Virus record (IMG/VR): IMGVR_UViG_3300029288_005873 | Location: 160,001 to 224,000 of that record | Source of the DNA: a virus | Lineage: Duplodnaviria; Caudoviricetes | DNA: 64,000 bases | Direction: 5' to 3' (one strand) | Part shown: positions 1-10,845 of the stretch, in pieces | Position numbering within the stretch: position 1 is the stretch's first letter | How the letters are laid out: each line of letters starts with the position of its first letter | Program-made: the position numbers and the translations under genes | Notes under the pieces: model-generated | Databases searched by the model: none | What the model was told of the DNA's origin: nothing | Seen by the model: only the letters and a program-made list of their open reading frames with translations

Positions 1-640
1 GCTTTCGCACAAGATACACAGCATATCGTCGCTTAAGCTCGTCGAACACGTCCTTGGTCTTGATCCTCGCCTCGATGTCCACCTTGGCATGAATCTTGGC
101 ATCTTCCTGATTGATCGTCTCATAGAGAGACTCATCAGTGATGATGATACAAATAGGCTTGGAAGCCACCGGCATATCAACATTTCTGGCATAGTAGAGT
201 GCCGCGACTTCAGGGCTCTCCTTGACCTGACCACCACCACCACCCTCGATCACCAGAGCCTCCAACTGAATCTTTAGGTCGGTGCTCTTGGAAAACTGCC
301 GAACCTGTAGGGGGTACTTGTCAGAATACACATCCCCAAATGCGCAGAAAGAAATCTCCATGTCATCGCCGAGGTATTCCTTACCTTCGATCTCCAGGTA
401 TGGAAGCTTCGAGAAGATGGCCGCTGGCCACTTCCCCATAGAACCCGTCACGTCGCACAGAATTGCGAGCGGCGATTTACTTTTCGTCTTGATTCTGTCT
501 GGCGACATATCTGCCGCCTTCTTTCCAGAAGCCTTGGCATCTCCATAACTACGACCAACGTGAACGTCATACTTCTTGCGCGCCGCACCAAAGTCATGTC
601 CCTTCCACACTCCAGGATCATAATCGCTTGTCTCTGACAT
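1..640 (-). CDS. vWA (von Willebrand A) domain protein, runs off the left edge
   Basis: Not in the ORF track. Manual translation from ATG at 640 (RBS AAAGGAG) gives MSETSDYDPGVWKGHDF...LAILCDVTGSMGKW...AFGDVYSDKYPLQV...IEGGGGGQVKESPE...IIITDE, with a MIDAS-like DxTGS motif. The frame is open to the edge. Confidence 0.8.
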   Translation of the reverse strand, partial: MSETSDYDPGVWKGHDFGAARKKYDVHVGRSYGDAKASGKKAADMSPDRIKTKSKSPLAILCDVTGSMGKWPAAIFSKLPYLEIEGKEYLGDDMEISFCAFGDVYSDKYPLQVRQFSKSTDLKIQLEALVIEGGGGGQVKESPEVAALYYARNVDMPVASKPICIIITDESLYETINQEDAKIHAKVDIEARIKTKDVFDELKRRYAVYLVRK

Positions 641-1403
641 TGTTTATCTCCTTTGTTTGTGAAATCCAATATTCAATATTGAACCTTTGATGTTCAAATG
701 AAAGATCCCTATATTTGAAATCAATTTTATGGTACATTGATGGAACTTCCAGGACAAATGGGCGCACCAAATCTATAAACTTTTTGGCATTTGTTGTATT
801 TATATGTATAAAAAACAACCCCTTCGAAGGCTTAGTCTGTGCCAAAATTCCCCACCGAAAACGCAGCCAAGTACAAATTATCTCATTCTCTGCTAATGAG
901 AATGAATGTGTACTTAATCGAATGTTCCTACCACCAATACTACGTTCTCGGCGTTCCCTATAAAAATCTGGTTTGAAACGCACCTTGTTATAGTGGAGTT
1001 CCAAATTCCCATCATCCATATACCATAGCGCCAATCCCATTGGTGTAAGTCTCTCTAATAGTTCTAATGTTACTCGCTTATGTGGATTATATATCTCTTT
1101 TCTAATCTCTGTTAGAAAAGAATGTGTATTTGTTCTGATTCTTATCTGTGGATACAACTTACCAAGTTTCCTATTATTATGAACTATATCCCTAACAGAA
1201 AATATAATACCTGGAATCTGACTAAGTATAATACCCTTTATAGCAACATAATCACGTACGGCAGGAGTATGAGCAGCCTGTATTCGCGCATTGATTCCAT
1301 GGATTTGGAGATTAAAATCCCCAAGCACCATACCAATAATGGCGGAGTAAAGTTCTTGGTGACTCAGGTTCTCATATATGCTTACCAATTTAGTGCTCCT
1401 CAT
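618..1403 (-). mobile_element. free-standing LAGLIDADG homing endonuclease
   Basis: Paired motifs IIGMVLGD and LTPMGLALWYMDDG; AT-richer than flanks. Confidence 0.85.
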
Positions 1404-2131
1404 TCTCCTTTAATTTTTGCGTGACCATTTGCCAAGGCAACATCCAAAGCATATGCCTGATCTTCACTAGGAACATAAAGTAGCGGTCCTATTGTCTCAA
1501 CATCCTGCGGAATCCGCATGGCATTTTTCTGATCTACCAGATAGACCAAACGATTGTCAACTGACACCTCCACATCAACCTCACAGCTTCCTATCCATGG
1601 ATGCCATGCTTTGCCGCTTGTTCCAACAAATCCTGGCTCAATCCTGGTCCTTTTTGGAAATTCAGAATTGAGCAACAGGTCAAGTCTTCTGACGGCACAC
1701 CAGGCATATACAACACGTGGACTCGGAAGTTTGCTGCGCCCTTCCTTGGTCAATTTGCCATTATCAGTCAAGCCGATGGAGGCTTTTTTACAGGCGTAGT
1801 CAAGACTGGAACTTGCGATCCATTTTACTTTTTCCCGTGGGTCTACTGTATCCGCATAGGCAAAGACACAATCATCTATATCCCCGCCAACGAACAAGCG
1901 ACCACCCGATAAGGATACTACTTCTGTAAAGTATGTTCCTTGAACATGACCATTCTTTACTTCTGCCAGACACCATCTGTCAACTTTTTTTGACACAATT
2001 TGATGATGATCGAAAGCTTCGGATGCCATCCGAACCAGACCAACAAGCCTATCCTTTTCGTTCATCATTTGTGCGCTCCAGTTCGGCAATCTCGTCTTGT
2101 AGTTTGCGTATGTAGCTGCGGTCCAATTCAC
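1400..2131 (-). CDS. hypothetical protein
   Basis: 243-aa ORF in the minus-strand gene train. Confidence 0.55.
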   Translation of the reverse strand: MNWTAATYANYKTRLPNWSAQMMNEKDRLVGLVRMASEAFDHHQIVSKKVDRWCLAEVKNGHVQGTYFTEVVSLSGGRLFVGGDIDDCVFAYADTVDPREKVKWIASSSLDYACKKASIGLTDNGKLTKEGRSKLPSPRVVYAWCAVRRLDLLLNSEFPKRTRIEPGFVGTSGKAWHPWIGSCEVDVEVSVDNRLVYLVDQKNAMRIPQDVETIGPLLYVPSEDQAYALDVALANGHAKIKGE

Positions 2132-2534
2132 GAACTGTATCGGAATCTCTAGCGGTTCGCCTTAATTTATTAATAAGCATGTCGTGGCTAGGACCTCCTG
2201 ATCTTTCCCTTAACGGCAGAAGGAACCACCACATACATCCTGCCGATGGAACAGATGTATATCCCCAATATGTATTACCATCTTCCTTTGGCACAGCTGG
2301 AACAAGCCAGCCTATTTGGTCGCTTTCACCAAAAGCATCAGTATACCTGCCATCTTCTCCCACGTTTCCAATCTTGCCTTGGTCTTTACACGCACAATCG
2401 GCGCAAAGCAGATCGATAGAATCGGCAATTGTTTGGTATTGCCGCCAAAGTTTGACGCCATGAGCAAGGCATTTGGAGCAACGGTAGCCCGTAGGTGGAT
2501 CTTTTGATCCATAATCTATCTTACCAATTTTCAT
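2049..2534 (-). CDS. hypothetical Zn-binding protein
   Basis: CxxC...CxxC; start overlaps the kinase stop. Confidence 0.55.
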   Translation of the reverse strand: MKIGKIDYGSKDPPTGYRCSKCLAHGVKLWRQYQTIADSIDLLCADCACKDQGKIGNVGEDGRYTDAFGESDQIGWLVPAVPKEDGNTYWGYTSVPSAGCMWWFLLPLRERSGGPSHDMLINKLRRTARDSDTVRELDRSYIRKLQDEIAELERTNDERKG

Positions 2535-3535
2535 CGCAACCCCTCTATTTTCTTGCCAAAAGAGCTGGTTCGACCAAAAGCCTTCTTCCTTACTGTTCTA
2601 AGCTCCTCGACCAGATCCTCATTATCCCATCGCGGTCTATCCAAAATATCGTGAGCTACCAGTCTACGGATGAACTTACAGACATGATCTGGTAGGTCTT
2701 CTGGAACCCGCTTGCGACCAAGATCTCCTCCTAGCGAAGCTATCATTGTCATACCGAGAGAATAGAAGTCTGACTCAGGCAATAGGGTCATACCAGCCAC
2801 CTGCTCAGGTGGAGCATAGTGAGGGGTATATCCCTTTGCCATAGAGTCTGCAGATGGTCGGATAAGGGAAAGACCATAGTCTACCAAAACAACCATATGC
2901 TTCTCTGGCTGGACAATGATATTTTGAGGTTTCACATCACCATGGACGACTCCATGAAAATGGAGATATCGCAAAGCATTCAGGACACGTTCCGTAATCC
3001 AGCAAACAGTCTCGGCATCAAGTGTCCCATTTTTCTCGACTATCTGATCCAAGGTGGGTCCAGGAATGAAACTCATAACCAAGGCAAGGCTTCCGTCATC
3101 GAGTTTGATTATCTCTCTGACGGACGGAATAGCATAATGACGGAGATCCCAGATAGCTTTCGCTTCCTCGATCAGGATCATCTCATCCTGAGGAGACACA
3201 TGCGAAGCATGCTTGATACAGACAGGAGTACCAAGCATGACATGTTCGCCGCGATAGGTCTTTCCAAATCCTCCTTCAGCAATTTCCTCAAGGATGCGAT
3301 AGCTCCCGAGGACTTTACCTACCCCCTTACCACGTTCGCGATCATATTTCTTGCGAGCCTTATCATCTACAAGTGTTTGGTGGGCTTCGCCAAGAGATTT
3401 GGCTACACGGTCATCACCAATTTTATCAGGGTGATACACTAGCATGAGAGCCTTATGCGCAGCGTCAATGACCTCTCGCCTAGCGCGCGGGGATACTTCC
3501 AATACCTCATAGAAATCAACACCTTTGCTTGCCAT
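2531..3535 (-). CDS. J-domain (DnaJ) fused Ser/Thr protein kinase
   Basis: N-terminal DFYEVLEV...YHPDK (HPD motif); kinase motifs IAEGGFGKTY, CIK, HGDVKPQN, DYG, YAPPE, DFYSLG. Confidence 0.9.
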   Translation of the reverse strand: MASKGVDFYEVLEVSPRARREVIDAAHKALMLVYHPDKIGDDRVAKSLGEAHQTLVDDKARKKYDRERGKGVGKVLGSYRILEEIAEGGFGKTYRGEHVMLGTPVCIKHASHVSPQDEMILIEEAKAIWDLRHYAIPSVREIIKLDDGSLALVMSFIPGPTLDQIVEKNGTLDAETVCWITERVLNALRYLHFHGVVHGDVKPQNIIVQPEKHMVVLVDYGLSLIRPSADSMAKGYTPHYAPPEQVAGMTLLPESDFYSLGMTMIASLGGDLGRKRVPEDLPDHVCKFIRRLVAHDILDRPRWDNEDLVEELRTVRKKAFGRTSSFGKKIEGLR

Positions 3536-3876
3536 CGGATTCCTCCTAGCCGATTTCTTTTGCCACTAGCAGCAATTGAAAAAGCGCCTTAACCCTACGC
3601 TTGTCGAAACTTGTAGAACCGTAATCCTCCGAGTTTGCATGTTTCCGAAACGCAGCGGCGGTTTCAGCATCAACAGCATGTCCGAGAAGATACCTTATCA
3701 TCCAGGAACAAAATCCGAAATTATAAAACGTCATATTAGATCCAGCAAAACGCCGAACATTTGACAATGTAATCCTAGCTTTATTCCCGAACAACTTTTT
3801 GAATCTGTCTCTGGAGAAATGGCAAGCTTGTATATTGACAAGCGCATTAAGAGTGAGGTATTTCATTATTTTTTTC

Positions 3877-4275
3877 TCATAGCCACTTCAAGGCTAAAGC
3901 ATTTATGATAATATGAAAAGTATTATCCACAATTATCATTATCCACATGGTAAGCCACACTTGTCTATCTGGTGACATTCCAGTGAACGAACACGACTCC
4001 CATGTCTTCCGTTCACTTGGGGGAGACAGAAGCCAATTCTTCGCCCATATGGCTCGTTGTGGCAAGTCCCAATGGTCTATCACAAAATGTGATCCAATGA
4101 TCACCAGCATAGCAAGCAAAGAAGGTGCCAGAAAAATAAATGGCACAGCATAGGAAAGAACATGAGCGAGACAAGGCAGAATTCTTTCCTTCTTATTGAC
4201 AGCCATGAAGTCGGACTGAAGAAAGAAATCACCGACCAGATGGGCCACTATTTGATCTCCCGTTACGAAGCTCAT
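3877..4275 (-). CDS. DUF3307-like membrane protein
   Basis: AHLVGDFFLQSD...HFVID...DNTFH pattern. Confidence 0.75.
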   Translation of the reverse strand: MSFVTGDQIVAHLVGDFFLQSDFMAVNKKERILPCLAHVLSYAVPFIFLAPSLLAMLVIIGSHFVIDHWDLPQRAIWAKNWLLSPPSERKTWESCSFTGMSPDRQVWLTMWIMIIVDNTFHIIINALALKWL

Positions 4276-4598
4276 TTTGACTCCACTGGAGCATTACATG
4301 AACCTACGAACGCAACGGTTTGAGCCACTCTGTCAACTTTGTCCTTTGGAATTTTGATCTCGACAGGTTCACCAAAACCGCTTTTGGGATAGCATATACA
4401 ACTATAGCTTAACACAATATTACCAAACATATTTGTCTCTGTTGTGTATGAGAATGAGCTGCTTCCTCCATATTTGGTACACAGTTCAGTACAAATCACT
4501 GTGATAGCACAACTCTCACTTTTAGAGGATTTATGGGGATAACACCCAAAAAGCATGGTTATAAATAAAACTGCTACAATTGACAATGTCCATTTCAT
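4272..4598 (-). CDS. putative Cys-rich lipoprotein
   Basis: Signal peptide ending LFGC. Confidence 0.5.
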   Translation of the reverse strand: MKWTLSIVAVLFITMLFGCYPHKSSKSESCAITVICTELCTKYGGSSSFSYTTETNMFGNIVLSYSCICYPKSGFGEPVEIKIPKDKVDRVAQTVAFVGSCNAPVESK

Positions 4599-4996
4599 AT
4601 CGCCTCCTATTCAAACCATGTCGTAGCAAGCTGCCGCAATGATTCAAAAAATGATGCTTTATATTCCATATATCCTAAGGTAATACTGCCTATGATATCG
4701 GCAACCATATCTGACTTAGATTCATCCATGTGGAGATCAGCAAGCCAATGTCCAAAAACATGAGCAACATGCCATTCTGGATCACAATTAGCAGCAGCGG
4801 TAAGATTAAAACGAACCTCCATCATACCAATATCTGTTGTATCGCAAGGCTCTCCAAGTAGAGATGGTCTGATTGTAATTGGGCATGGAGCGCCAACTTT
4901 ATCGCACAATGAAAGGAAAAGTCTTTTCCTGTATTCAAAACCTTTATACATTTATCACCTTGGTGAAACGGAGGTGCGCAAACACCTCCGTCCCTG

Positions 4997-5314
4997 TTAT
5001 TCGGATTTTGTCTCTTCTGTTTCAGGAGCAACTTCCTGCCCAGGCTCCAAAGCGGCATGAAGCTGGCTGATTAGCTTACCCAGCTCGTCCTCGAACTTCT
5101 TCTTATTCCTGTTGAAGTCCTGCTCAGCTTTGAAAGCTTGCTGGCGCAACTCTACTGCCTTCTTGAGAATATCGCGAGCCCTGTCCAAAGCCTCGTTCTC
5201 GCGTGCCGCCTCCAACTCCGCCATTGCCTTCTTGAGGATGTTGTTTGTGATCGAGGGCTTCTTTGCGGGGTCAAAACCCGTGATCTGCAAAAGCTTTTCG
5301 GTATTATTTGACAT
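4997..5314 (-). CDS. hypothetical coiled-coil protein
   Basis: RBS AAGGAG, helical composition. Confidence 0.55.
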   Translation of the reverse strand: MSNNTEKLLQITGFDPAKKPSITNNILKKAMAELEAARENEALDRARDILKKAVELRQQAFKAEQDFNRNKKKFEDELGKLISQLHAALEPGQEVAPETEETKSE

Positions 5315-5778
5315 GCATTCTCCTTTCTATCTCCCCTCGAGCATCTCCTCGAGTTCGTCAATTCTGTCACGCACCGCCTCGGATTCGACGGCAACCTTTC
5401 TCATCTGTTCTGTGCTAGCAGCCATGCCTGCTAGAAGTGTCTCCAGCTCGCGCAGGCGGGTGCCCTCATCCTTCTCCATTTCAAGGTGCTGTTTTCTGAG
5501 CTCCATATACATAGTTGCGATCATCTCCTTGTCCCCTTGCCTGAGGTGGTCGAGTCGAAGACGTAGATTTCTTCTCCTGCCTTGGAATAAAGTCCTCAAT
5601 GGACTATCCGCAGGTAGCGTTCCAAGGTCTGCTCTGATCCGTGTATACACCTCACCATCAAGCGACTCTGGTGAACACGCTTCGCGAATCGGCAGATTTT
5701 TTACAGCTGCGAAAGCAGACTGGATGGATCCATAGATCATTGACCGCTCTACAGCATTCAACTCCCTTATTCCAGTAT

Positions 5779-6579
5779 TCATGTGCTTTCCTTTGCCACG
5801 ATATTCGATATGTCTGACACCAGCTTTTTGATGTCTGACGCATATGGACCTGCGCTATTTACGCACCCAAGTTCCAAAACATAAAGATTCCCTGCCGACT
5901 CACAGATATCAAGCACGAAAATTCTGTGTGGACTAAAGACCTTAGCCATACGTTCACCAAAGTCCAGGACCTCGCGCGGAACGTTTGCGTCCTCAGCCAA
6001 TACGCCTCTAACTTTGTACTGACTAGCAGTGGATACATGTCCATCCACCATAAACAATCGCCATTCCTTGGATATACCCCAAGGCTCTCCCACGATTATC
6101 TTTGTCGTAGATAGTTGCTCATCTCCAAGATCTGTCTGTATGAGTCCAGCATTCCACCGTTGAAGTTGACCGAAAGACCACACTCCTCCGGTAAACTCCT
6201 TGGCATCTTTAACTGGACGGACAAAAAACATCCTATCTGGGTCATGGGGTTCCCATACAAACTCCGACAAAGTTGTAACTTTCGAGCCGTGATTGATCCA
6301 GTTTTCTCCGTAGGCTGTTCCCCACGTCGTAGTCATGAACATTTCGGGATCAAAGAAAGCACAAGGTGACCATTTGCCAGACTTCAAAACCAGGTCAACC
6401 ATACGCACAGATCCATAGAAAACCGTTGGCATATCCGTCGGAATGTCTGGAAGTTCTTTGGAAAAAGGAATCCTCTGAAAAAGAATACATGAAATTCCTA
6501 AGGATTCACATGCGCTGCGGATTGCCTCATGGGCACCATCGACCTTTAGTTTATCCTGAACAGCCCAGCGTATGTTCAT
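5779..6579 (-). CDS. ATP-grasp protein, R2K/DUF4343-like
   Basis: FFVRPVKDAKEFTG, EWRLFMVDG, FVLDI, VLELGCVNSAG. Confidence 0.8.
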   Translation of the reverse strand: MNIRWAVQDKLKVDGAHEAIRSACESLGISCILFQRIPFSKELPDIPTDMPTVFYGSVRMVDLVLKSGKWSPCAFFDPEMFMTTTWGTAYGENWINHGSKVTTLSEFVWEPHDPDRMFFVRPVKDAKEFTGGVWSFGQLQRWNAGLIQTDLGDEQLSTTKIIVGEPWGISKEWRLFMVDGHVSTASQYKVRGVLAEDANVPREVLDFGERMAKVFSPHRIFVLDICESAGNLYVLELGCVNSAGPYASDIKKLVSDISNIVAKEST

Positions 6580-7004
6580 CGTTTCCTCGGTATTGTGCGT
6601 AGCACAATCAGCTTCTTACATCTAACTTTACCCTCGTTCCTCATAATCAGCGAGGCACTTGGTACGCATACGACATCCCTTGGATAAACAAGTACCTCAA
6701 CAATGCGCATGCGATTAACTGGGTCGCAAAAAGCACGCCTAAAACTGTTGGCAAAACGCAACGACCCAACATGTAGACCCTCACCGCAATCCATGTGTGT
6801 TGACCTATCATACTTGTTACATTTTACAACAGTTCCCGGCTTATATGCCCCCATATCATATTCGGGTCTATCACGGTAATACCAGCTTCCAAAATCCCAT
6901 CTAACCGCCTTATACATAACGAGACATTCATTCCCGTTGACAATGCGCGTTTCGATATGATACTTTTCAATGAATTTTTTCAGTCTTGTGTTTGTGTTGT
7001 CCAT
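6576..7004 (-). CDS. protein resembling the T4 rIIB C-terminal region (paralog A)
   Basis: YKAVR.DF...YKPG..V...CG.GLHV...VLVYPRDVVCVP...KVRC. Confidence 0.55.
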   Translation of the reverse strand: MDNTNTRLKKFIEKYHIETRIVNGNECLVMYKAVRWDFGSWYYRDRPEYDMGAYKPGTVVKCNKYDRSTHMDCGEGLHVGSLRFANSFRRAFCDPVNRMRIVEVLVYPRDVVCVPSASLIMRNEGKVRCKKLIVLRTIPRKR

Positions 7005-7507
7005 ACATTATCCAGAAGTTGGGAAGAGTCGGTAATCTCTTTACGAAGCCATGACTTACCACTCCATTTGTAAAAAGACGTACCACCATTCCAGCTAATT
7101 GCTTTTCTACCAATCAGTCTGCTAACAATCAACCTGCGACACCTTACTTTTCCTCCAGCAAAAGGAACGCACACAATATCTCTAGGTCTAACCAATATCT
7201 CCACAATCAAAGGTGCTCGTTTCCCTGCAAATTGTGAGGCAAAACGCAAGGTAGACACATGAAGTCCTTTGCCACAATCTTTGTATCGACTGGTATCAAA
7301 CACGCTACATTCTACTAGTGTTCCCGGACGATATGCTCCTTTTGACGACGATCCAACATGCCACGATCCAAAATCTTTTCTAACAGCTTTATACATGACA
7401 AAATAATCTTCGTCATCATACCGCACTGTTTTTATACTATTGTTATGTACAAAATCGCGTAAACCGTTAATCCATCTCATATCAAACCTTATCTTCCACT
7501 GGTTCAA
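6980..7507 (-). CDS. rIIB C-terminal-like protein (paralog B)
   Basis: Same motif series as 6576-7004; start uncertain. Confidence 0.55.
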   Translation of the reverse strand: MNQWKIRFDMRWINGLRDFVHNNSIKTVRYDDEDYFVMYKAVRKDFGSWHVGSSSKGAYRPGTLVECSVFDTSRYKDCGKGLHVSTLRFASQFAGKRAPLIVEILVRPRDIVCVPFAGGKVRCRRLIVSRLIGRKAISWNGGTSFYKWSGKSWLRKEITDSSQLLDNVWTTQTQD

Positions 7508-7662
7508 TTAGGATGGCTGGACACTCTTCTGGTCCATCCCAATTGTATCCAGGGGTCATCAGTGCGCCAGTTGGCTTAGCTGCCAAAGCAAACAGTTTCC
7601 TTCTCCCGAAAACAACAACGATTTGTTCCTTATCCTCAATGGTATCAAGATGCTCCATAAGT

Positions 7663-8424
7663 TCACGCACCGTCATTTTGTTTCCTTTTCATAGTCGGAT
7701 GTTCTGAATACTGGAGCAATGCCTTAACCTCGACAGTTTCCATTTCAGGCCATCGTAGAGCTGTAAGTTTTCCACCAAACACACAGGATGTATCGATGCC
7801 AACTGTGCGATGTTCAATACGAACTTCTTTGATGGGTTGATGACCATAGACGATCCATGGGGAATTACTGGAAGGTTTCCGCTGTACTGCCCAGTCAATC
7901 CTGTCTGGAAGACCATTCGGCAAAATTTTCCCAGTTGTAGGTCCGTATAGACACCATGACCTCAAAAGACCGCTGCCCGATTTCTCAGTCTCCAAACCAT
8001 CTTTCCAAGCGGCATGGACACAAATTAGTTTACCTTCATCTAGGATAAGGTATTGGGGCAGCGAATTGAGAAATTCGGCAACCTGCTTTTTGTTGATACC
8101 TGACTGCTCAAATTCTCGAACAGTTTTAGAGAGACCGTGACTTTGCCGTACGTCACGACCCATTGCCCAACGGCGCAATTTATCACAATGATTCCCAAGC
8201 ACCCAGAATGCATAGCCTTTTTCCACCATCAACTTAGTATAAGCATAGCATGCTAGAGAATACGGACCACGGTCAGTAATATCTCCAAGAAATACTATTT
8301 TACGTCCATCACTCGGCTTATGAACTGCTCCAGAATCATCCCATTTATGACCGAGGAGATCCATCAAAGTAGATAGCTCTTGCCAACATCCGTGGAGATC
8401 TCCAATAATATCAAGTAGTTCCAT
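7663..8424 (-). CDS. PrpE/Pnkp-type metallophosphoesterase
   Basis: IIGDLHGC, FLGDITDRGP, LGNH, VHA, YGH, GIDTSCVFGGKLTALRWPE. Confidence 0.85.
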   Translation of the reverse strand: MELLDIIGDLHGCWQELSTLMDLLGHKWDDSGAVHKPSDGRKIVFLGDITDRGPYSLACYAYTKLMVEKGYAFWVLGNHCDKLRRWAMGRDVRQSHGLSKTVREFEQSGINKKQVAEFLNSLPQYLILDEGKLICVHAAWKDGLETEKSGSGLLRSWCLYGPTTGKILPNGLPDRIDWAVQRKPSSNSPWIVYGHQPIKEVRIEHRTVGIDTSCVFGGKLTALRWPEMETVEVKALLQYSEHPTMKRKQNDGA

Positions 8425-8434
8425 CGTTCTTCTT

Positions 8435-9052
8435 TCAGGGCTCGCACTTTGGACAGTGCTTATACACTGGTCCCATCCCAGGATCTTTTAATGGACAGCC
8501 ACAAGCTGCGCAAATCATTGCATCTGGACGCGTATTTGCGACTTTGAGGTTCACTTGTCCAACCTCCTGTCCAATATTCCTGTACAATGTACCATCGAAT
8601 ATCCAGCCCTCATTGTTTTTGAAACAGATTCTATTTGTTCCAGAAAGATGAGCGCCACAAGAGGATTCAAACGGCCAACCTTCTTTGTTATTATAACATT
8701 TACACTGTTCTATTGTATGTAATCCTTTTGGCATTTTAAGATCAATTGTTTCATATTCGTTTCCAATTTCGGGCAATGGGAACTTATCTCCCCGTTTAAC
8801 TTCTATAGTTTTTGGACCTCGAACAAGAACAAATAGTGGGGGATTGCCTTCAGGTTGACCATAGGCTCTTCCGTCCGACAAAAGGATTACGAATTGGTAG
8901 TCATATGTATTTAATTTTACATAACATATACACTCTTTTTCCGATAGTATAACATCCTCAACCAATGATTCTCTCAAACTTGTGTACGGATCACTTTCTG
9001 AAAGAACGTTTTTAGGATTAGGTTTTACTATGTCGCCCTTCCATGGGATCAT
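8435..9052 (-). CDS. CPKCEP-tail family member 1 (N-domain + Cys/His middle domain + Zn ribbon)
   Basis: Start MIPWKGDIVKPNP overlaps the upstream stop; ends CAACGCPLKDPGMGPVYKHCPKCEP*. Confidence 0.75.
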   Translation of the reverse strand: MIPWKGDIVKPNPKNVLSESDPYTSLRESLVEDVILSEKECICYVKLNTYDYQFVILLSDGRAYGQPEGNPPLFVLVRGPKTIEVKRGDKFPLPEIGNEYETIDLKMPKGLHTIEQCKCYNNKEGWPFESSCGAHLSGTNRICFKNNEGWIFDGTLYRNIGQEVGQVNLKVANTRPDAMICAACGCPLKDPGMGPVYKHCPKCEP

Positions 9053-9597
9053 GTGTCTTTCTCCAAAACCTGTAGAACCTTGTTTGACTGCCAAAAATCT
9101 TCCACACTTCCCTCGTTTGCCCACCATGGTCGCATCGATGGCTGGATAATTACCGAAGGTTCATGGAATAGGATATTTCCAGGACCAAACCTATATCCGT
9201 TGTCGTCTTTAGTCCTGATGACAAGGATGTTGTCCTCCGTTCCCTCGAACCGTCTCCCTAGACGTCTCAGAACGTTTCGTACAGCAATATCCTGGATGTG
9301 GGTCGAAAAAGCTTCCTGGATAGAATAGTCGCATCCGCATGTCACATTTGTCGGAGCATTATCGATACATTCTCCGAAGGAACATATGAAGTCAACGTCA
9401 TCTGGATGTACCGATAGGTACCTGAAGTACGCCTCTTCATAGAACTCACGGCATGCGTCCACAAACTCCAGCTCCCTCAAACCATCCGTCCAAGCAAGGC
9501 GCCAATTCTCCTTGCCAAACTTCTCATTTAGTTCGCGGACTTTCTCATCCCGTCTTCGTCCGAAAAATCCAGGGCGCCCGCAGGGGTTCCATTTCAT
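9049..9597 (-). CDS. hypothetical protein
   Basis: RBS AGGAG, 182 aa. Confidence 0.6.
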   Translation of the reverse strand: MKWNPCGRPGFFGRRRDEKVRELNEKFGKENWRLAWTDGLRELEFVDACREFYEEAYFRYLSVHPDDVDFICSFGECIDNAPTNVTCGCDYSIQEAFSTHIQDIAVRNVLRRLGRRFEGTEDNILVIRTKDDNGYRFGPGNILFHEPSVIIQPSMRPWWANEGSVEDFWQSNKVLQVLEKDT

Positions 9598-9617
9598 AGC
9601 TTTCTCCTACCGCGAAC

Positions 9618-9649
9618 GAAAAAAACGTCCGCGGAAATTTTTCGCTGCA
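9618..9649. repeat. dispersed palindromic element, copy 1
   Basis: GAAAAAAACGTCCGCGGAAATTTTTCGCTGCA. Confidence 0.75.
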
Positions 9650-10115
9650 TTAACGCGCGATCTATAATTAGATATAAATCAACATCCAGGAAGTGGTGTT
9701 ATAGGTCCACCACCAAGAAACTCGATAGTTATCCTATTCTCTGGATGACCATCTCCAAGTAATTTATATATTGTATCTGCCAATTCCTTAACACTACCTA
9801 CGATTGATAGTATTCCACCTGGAAAATGGACAGCAGCCCACGGATGTCTGCTATGAAAAATCTGACATTCACATCTATAATCAGATGGTGGATTTGACAG
9901 AATCTTGACGTGAAAATCCTCTTCGAATTTGGGCAAATTATCTGGCCAGATCCCGATGCGGATCGGTAGAGCGTTAATCATGCCCAAAACTTCCTTGACC
10001 CCTGGATGAAAAGATTTTCCGTAGGTCTCATCATCCTCGGCTGCCCAAAAGTCTAGCGTCCGAAGGGCTCTCATAGCTTTGATACGGTCGCTGCGGATCC
10101 TTTCAAGCATAATGA

Positions 10116-10556
10116 TCATTGATCAATTTCCTTATTGAGGAGATCTAGGACCCTATCATATGCATTACGCACATTCTCAGCGGCAGCCTCTAGCTCTTTA
10201 ATGTCCTCAGGTCGCCCATGGAAACTCCCCATATGAGGAATAGTACAAGTGGAAACAGGGGATGGCATTTTTGCGCCGACCACAATACTGTGCCTCCCCC
10301 CCGGGGCGCCCCACGCTTCTACGGTCCAGTAACAAGATTCATCCGAGAAATGGAGTTTAGGTTCGCATTTGTATGATGCACATCTATCCTCATCATACTT
10401 AACACGAATGTCTCCATTCTTTATTGTGATTGGAGCGTTCGGAAAATCATTACTCCAGGCATCCTCAATCGCCTTTGCTATCTCAGATAGTTTGGGAGGA
10501 CACATTTGAAGGACATCTTCCTGCTTTCGTACAAACCTTTTCATCTCATTCTCCAA
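10116..10556 (-). CDS. hypothetical protein, paralog of 11213-11668
   Basis: Shared MKRFVR.QEDV...KAIEDAW...DIKELEAAAE. Confidence 0.65.
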   Translation of the reverse strand: MENEMKRFVRKQEDVLQMCPPKLSEIAKAIEDAWSNDFPNAPITIKNGDIRVKYDEDRCASYKCEPKLHFSDESCYWTVEAWGAPGGRHSIVVGAKMPSPVSTCTIPHMGSFHGRPEDIKELEAAAENVRNAYDRVLDLLNKEIDQ

Positions 10557-10845
10557 TCCGCCAATGCGTATGCCCTATTGCCATCCTGGTCTAGAAACTC
10601 TTCTTCAAGGCGGTCAAAAGGTGTATCAATAGTAGCGACCATGACATGAACAACTTGACCAGAAAGCGGCAATTTACAAGCAAGATCGAATGTCTTCCAA
10701 AAATCACTAGCCGATTTCGCTTCCTGGATTTTGCGTTCATACCATGTGGAACCTATTGACATACGCCAAGCGTAACGGTAACGGTAACCAATCCATAAGC
10801 GCCTGAGCGCCTTGAAGGCAGTTTTTTCGGTTTCAGTTAGTTCTT

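Noticed and set aside
618-1403. LAGLIDADG gene as an intein or intron ORF
   Set aside because: No intein splice residues or group I core seen, and the flanking genes have their own starts and stops.
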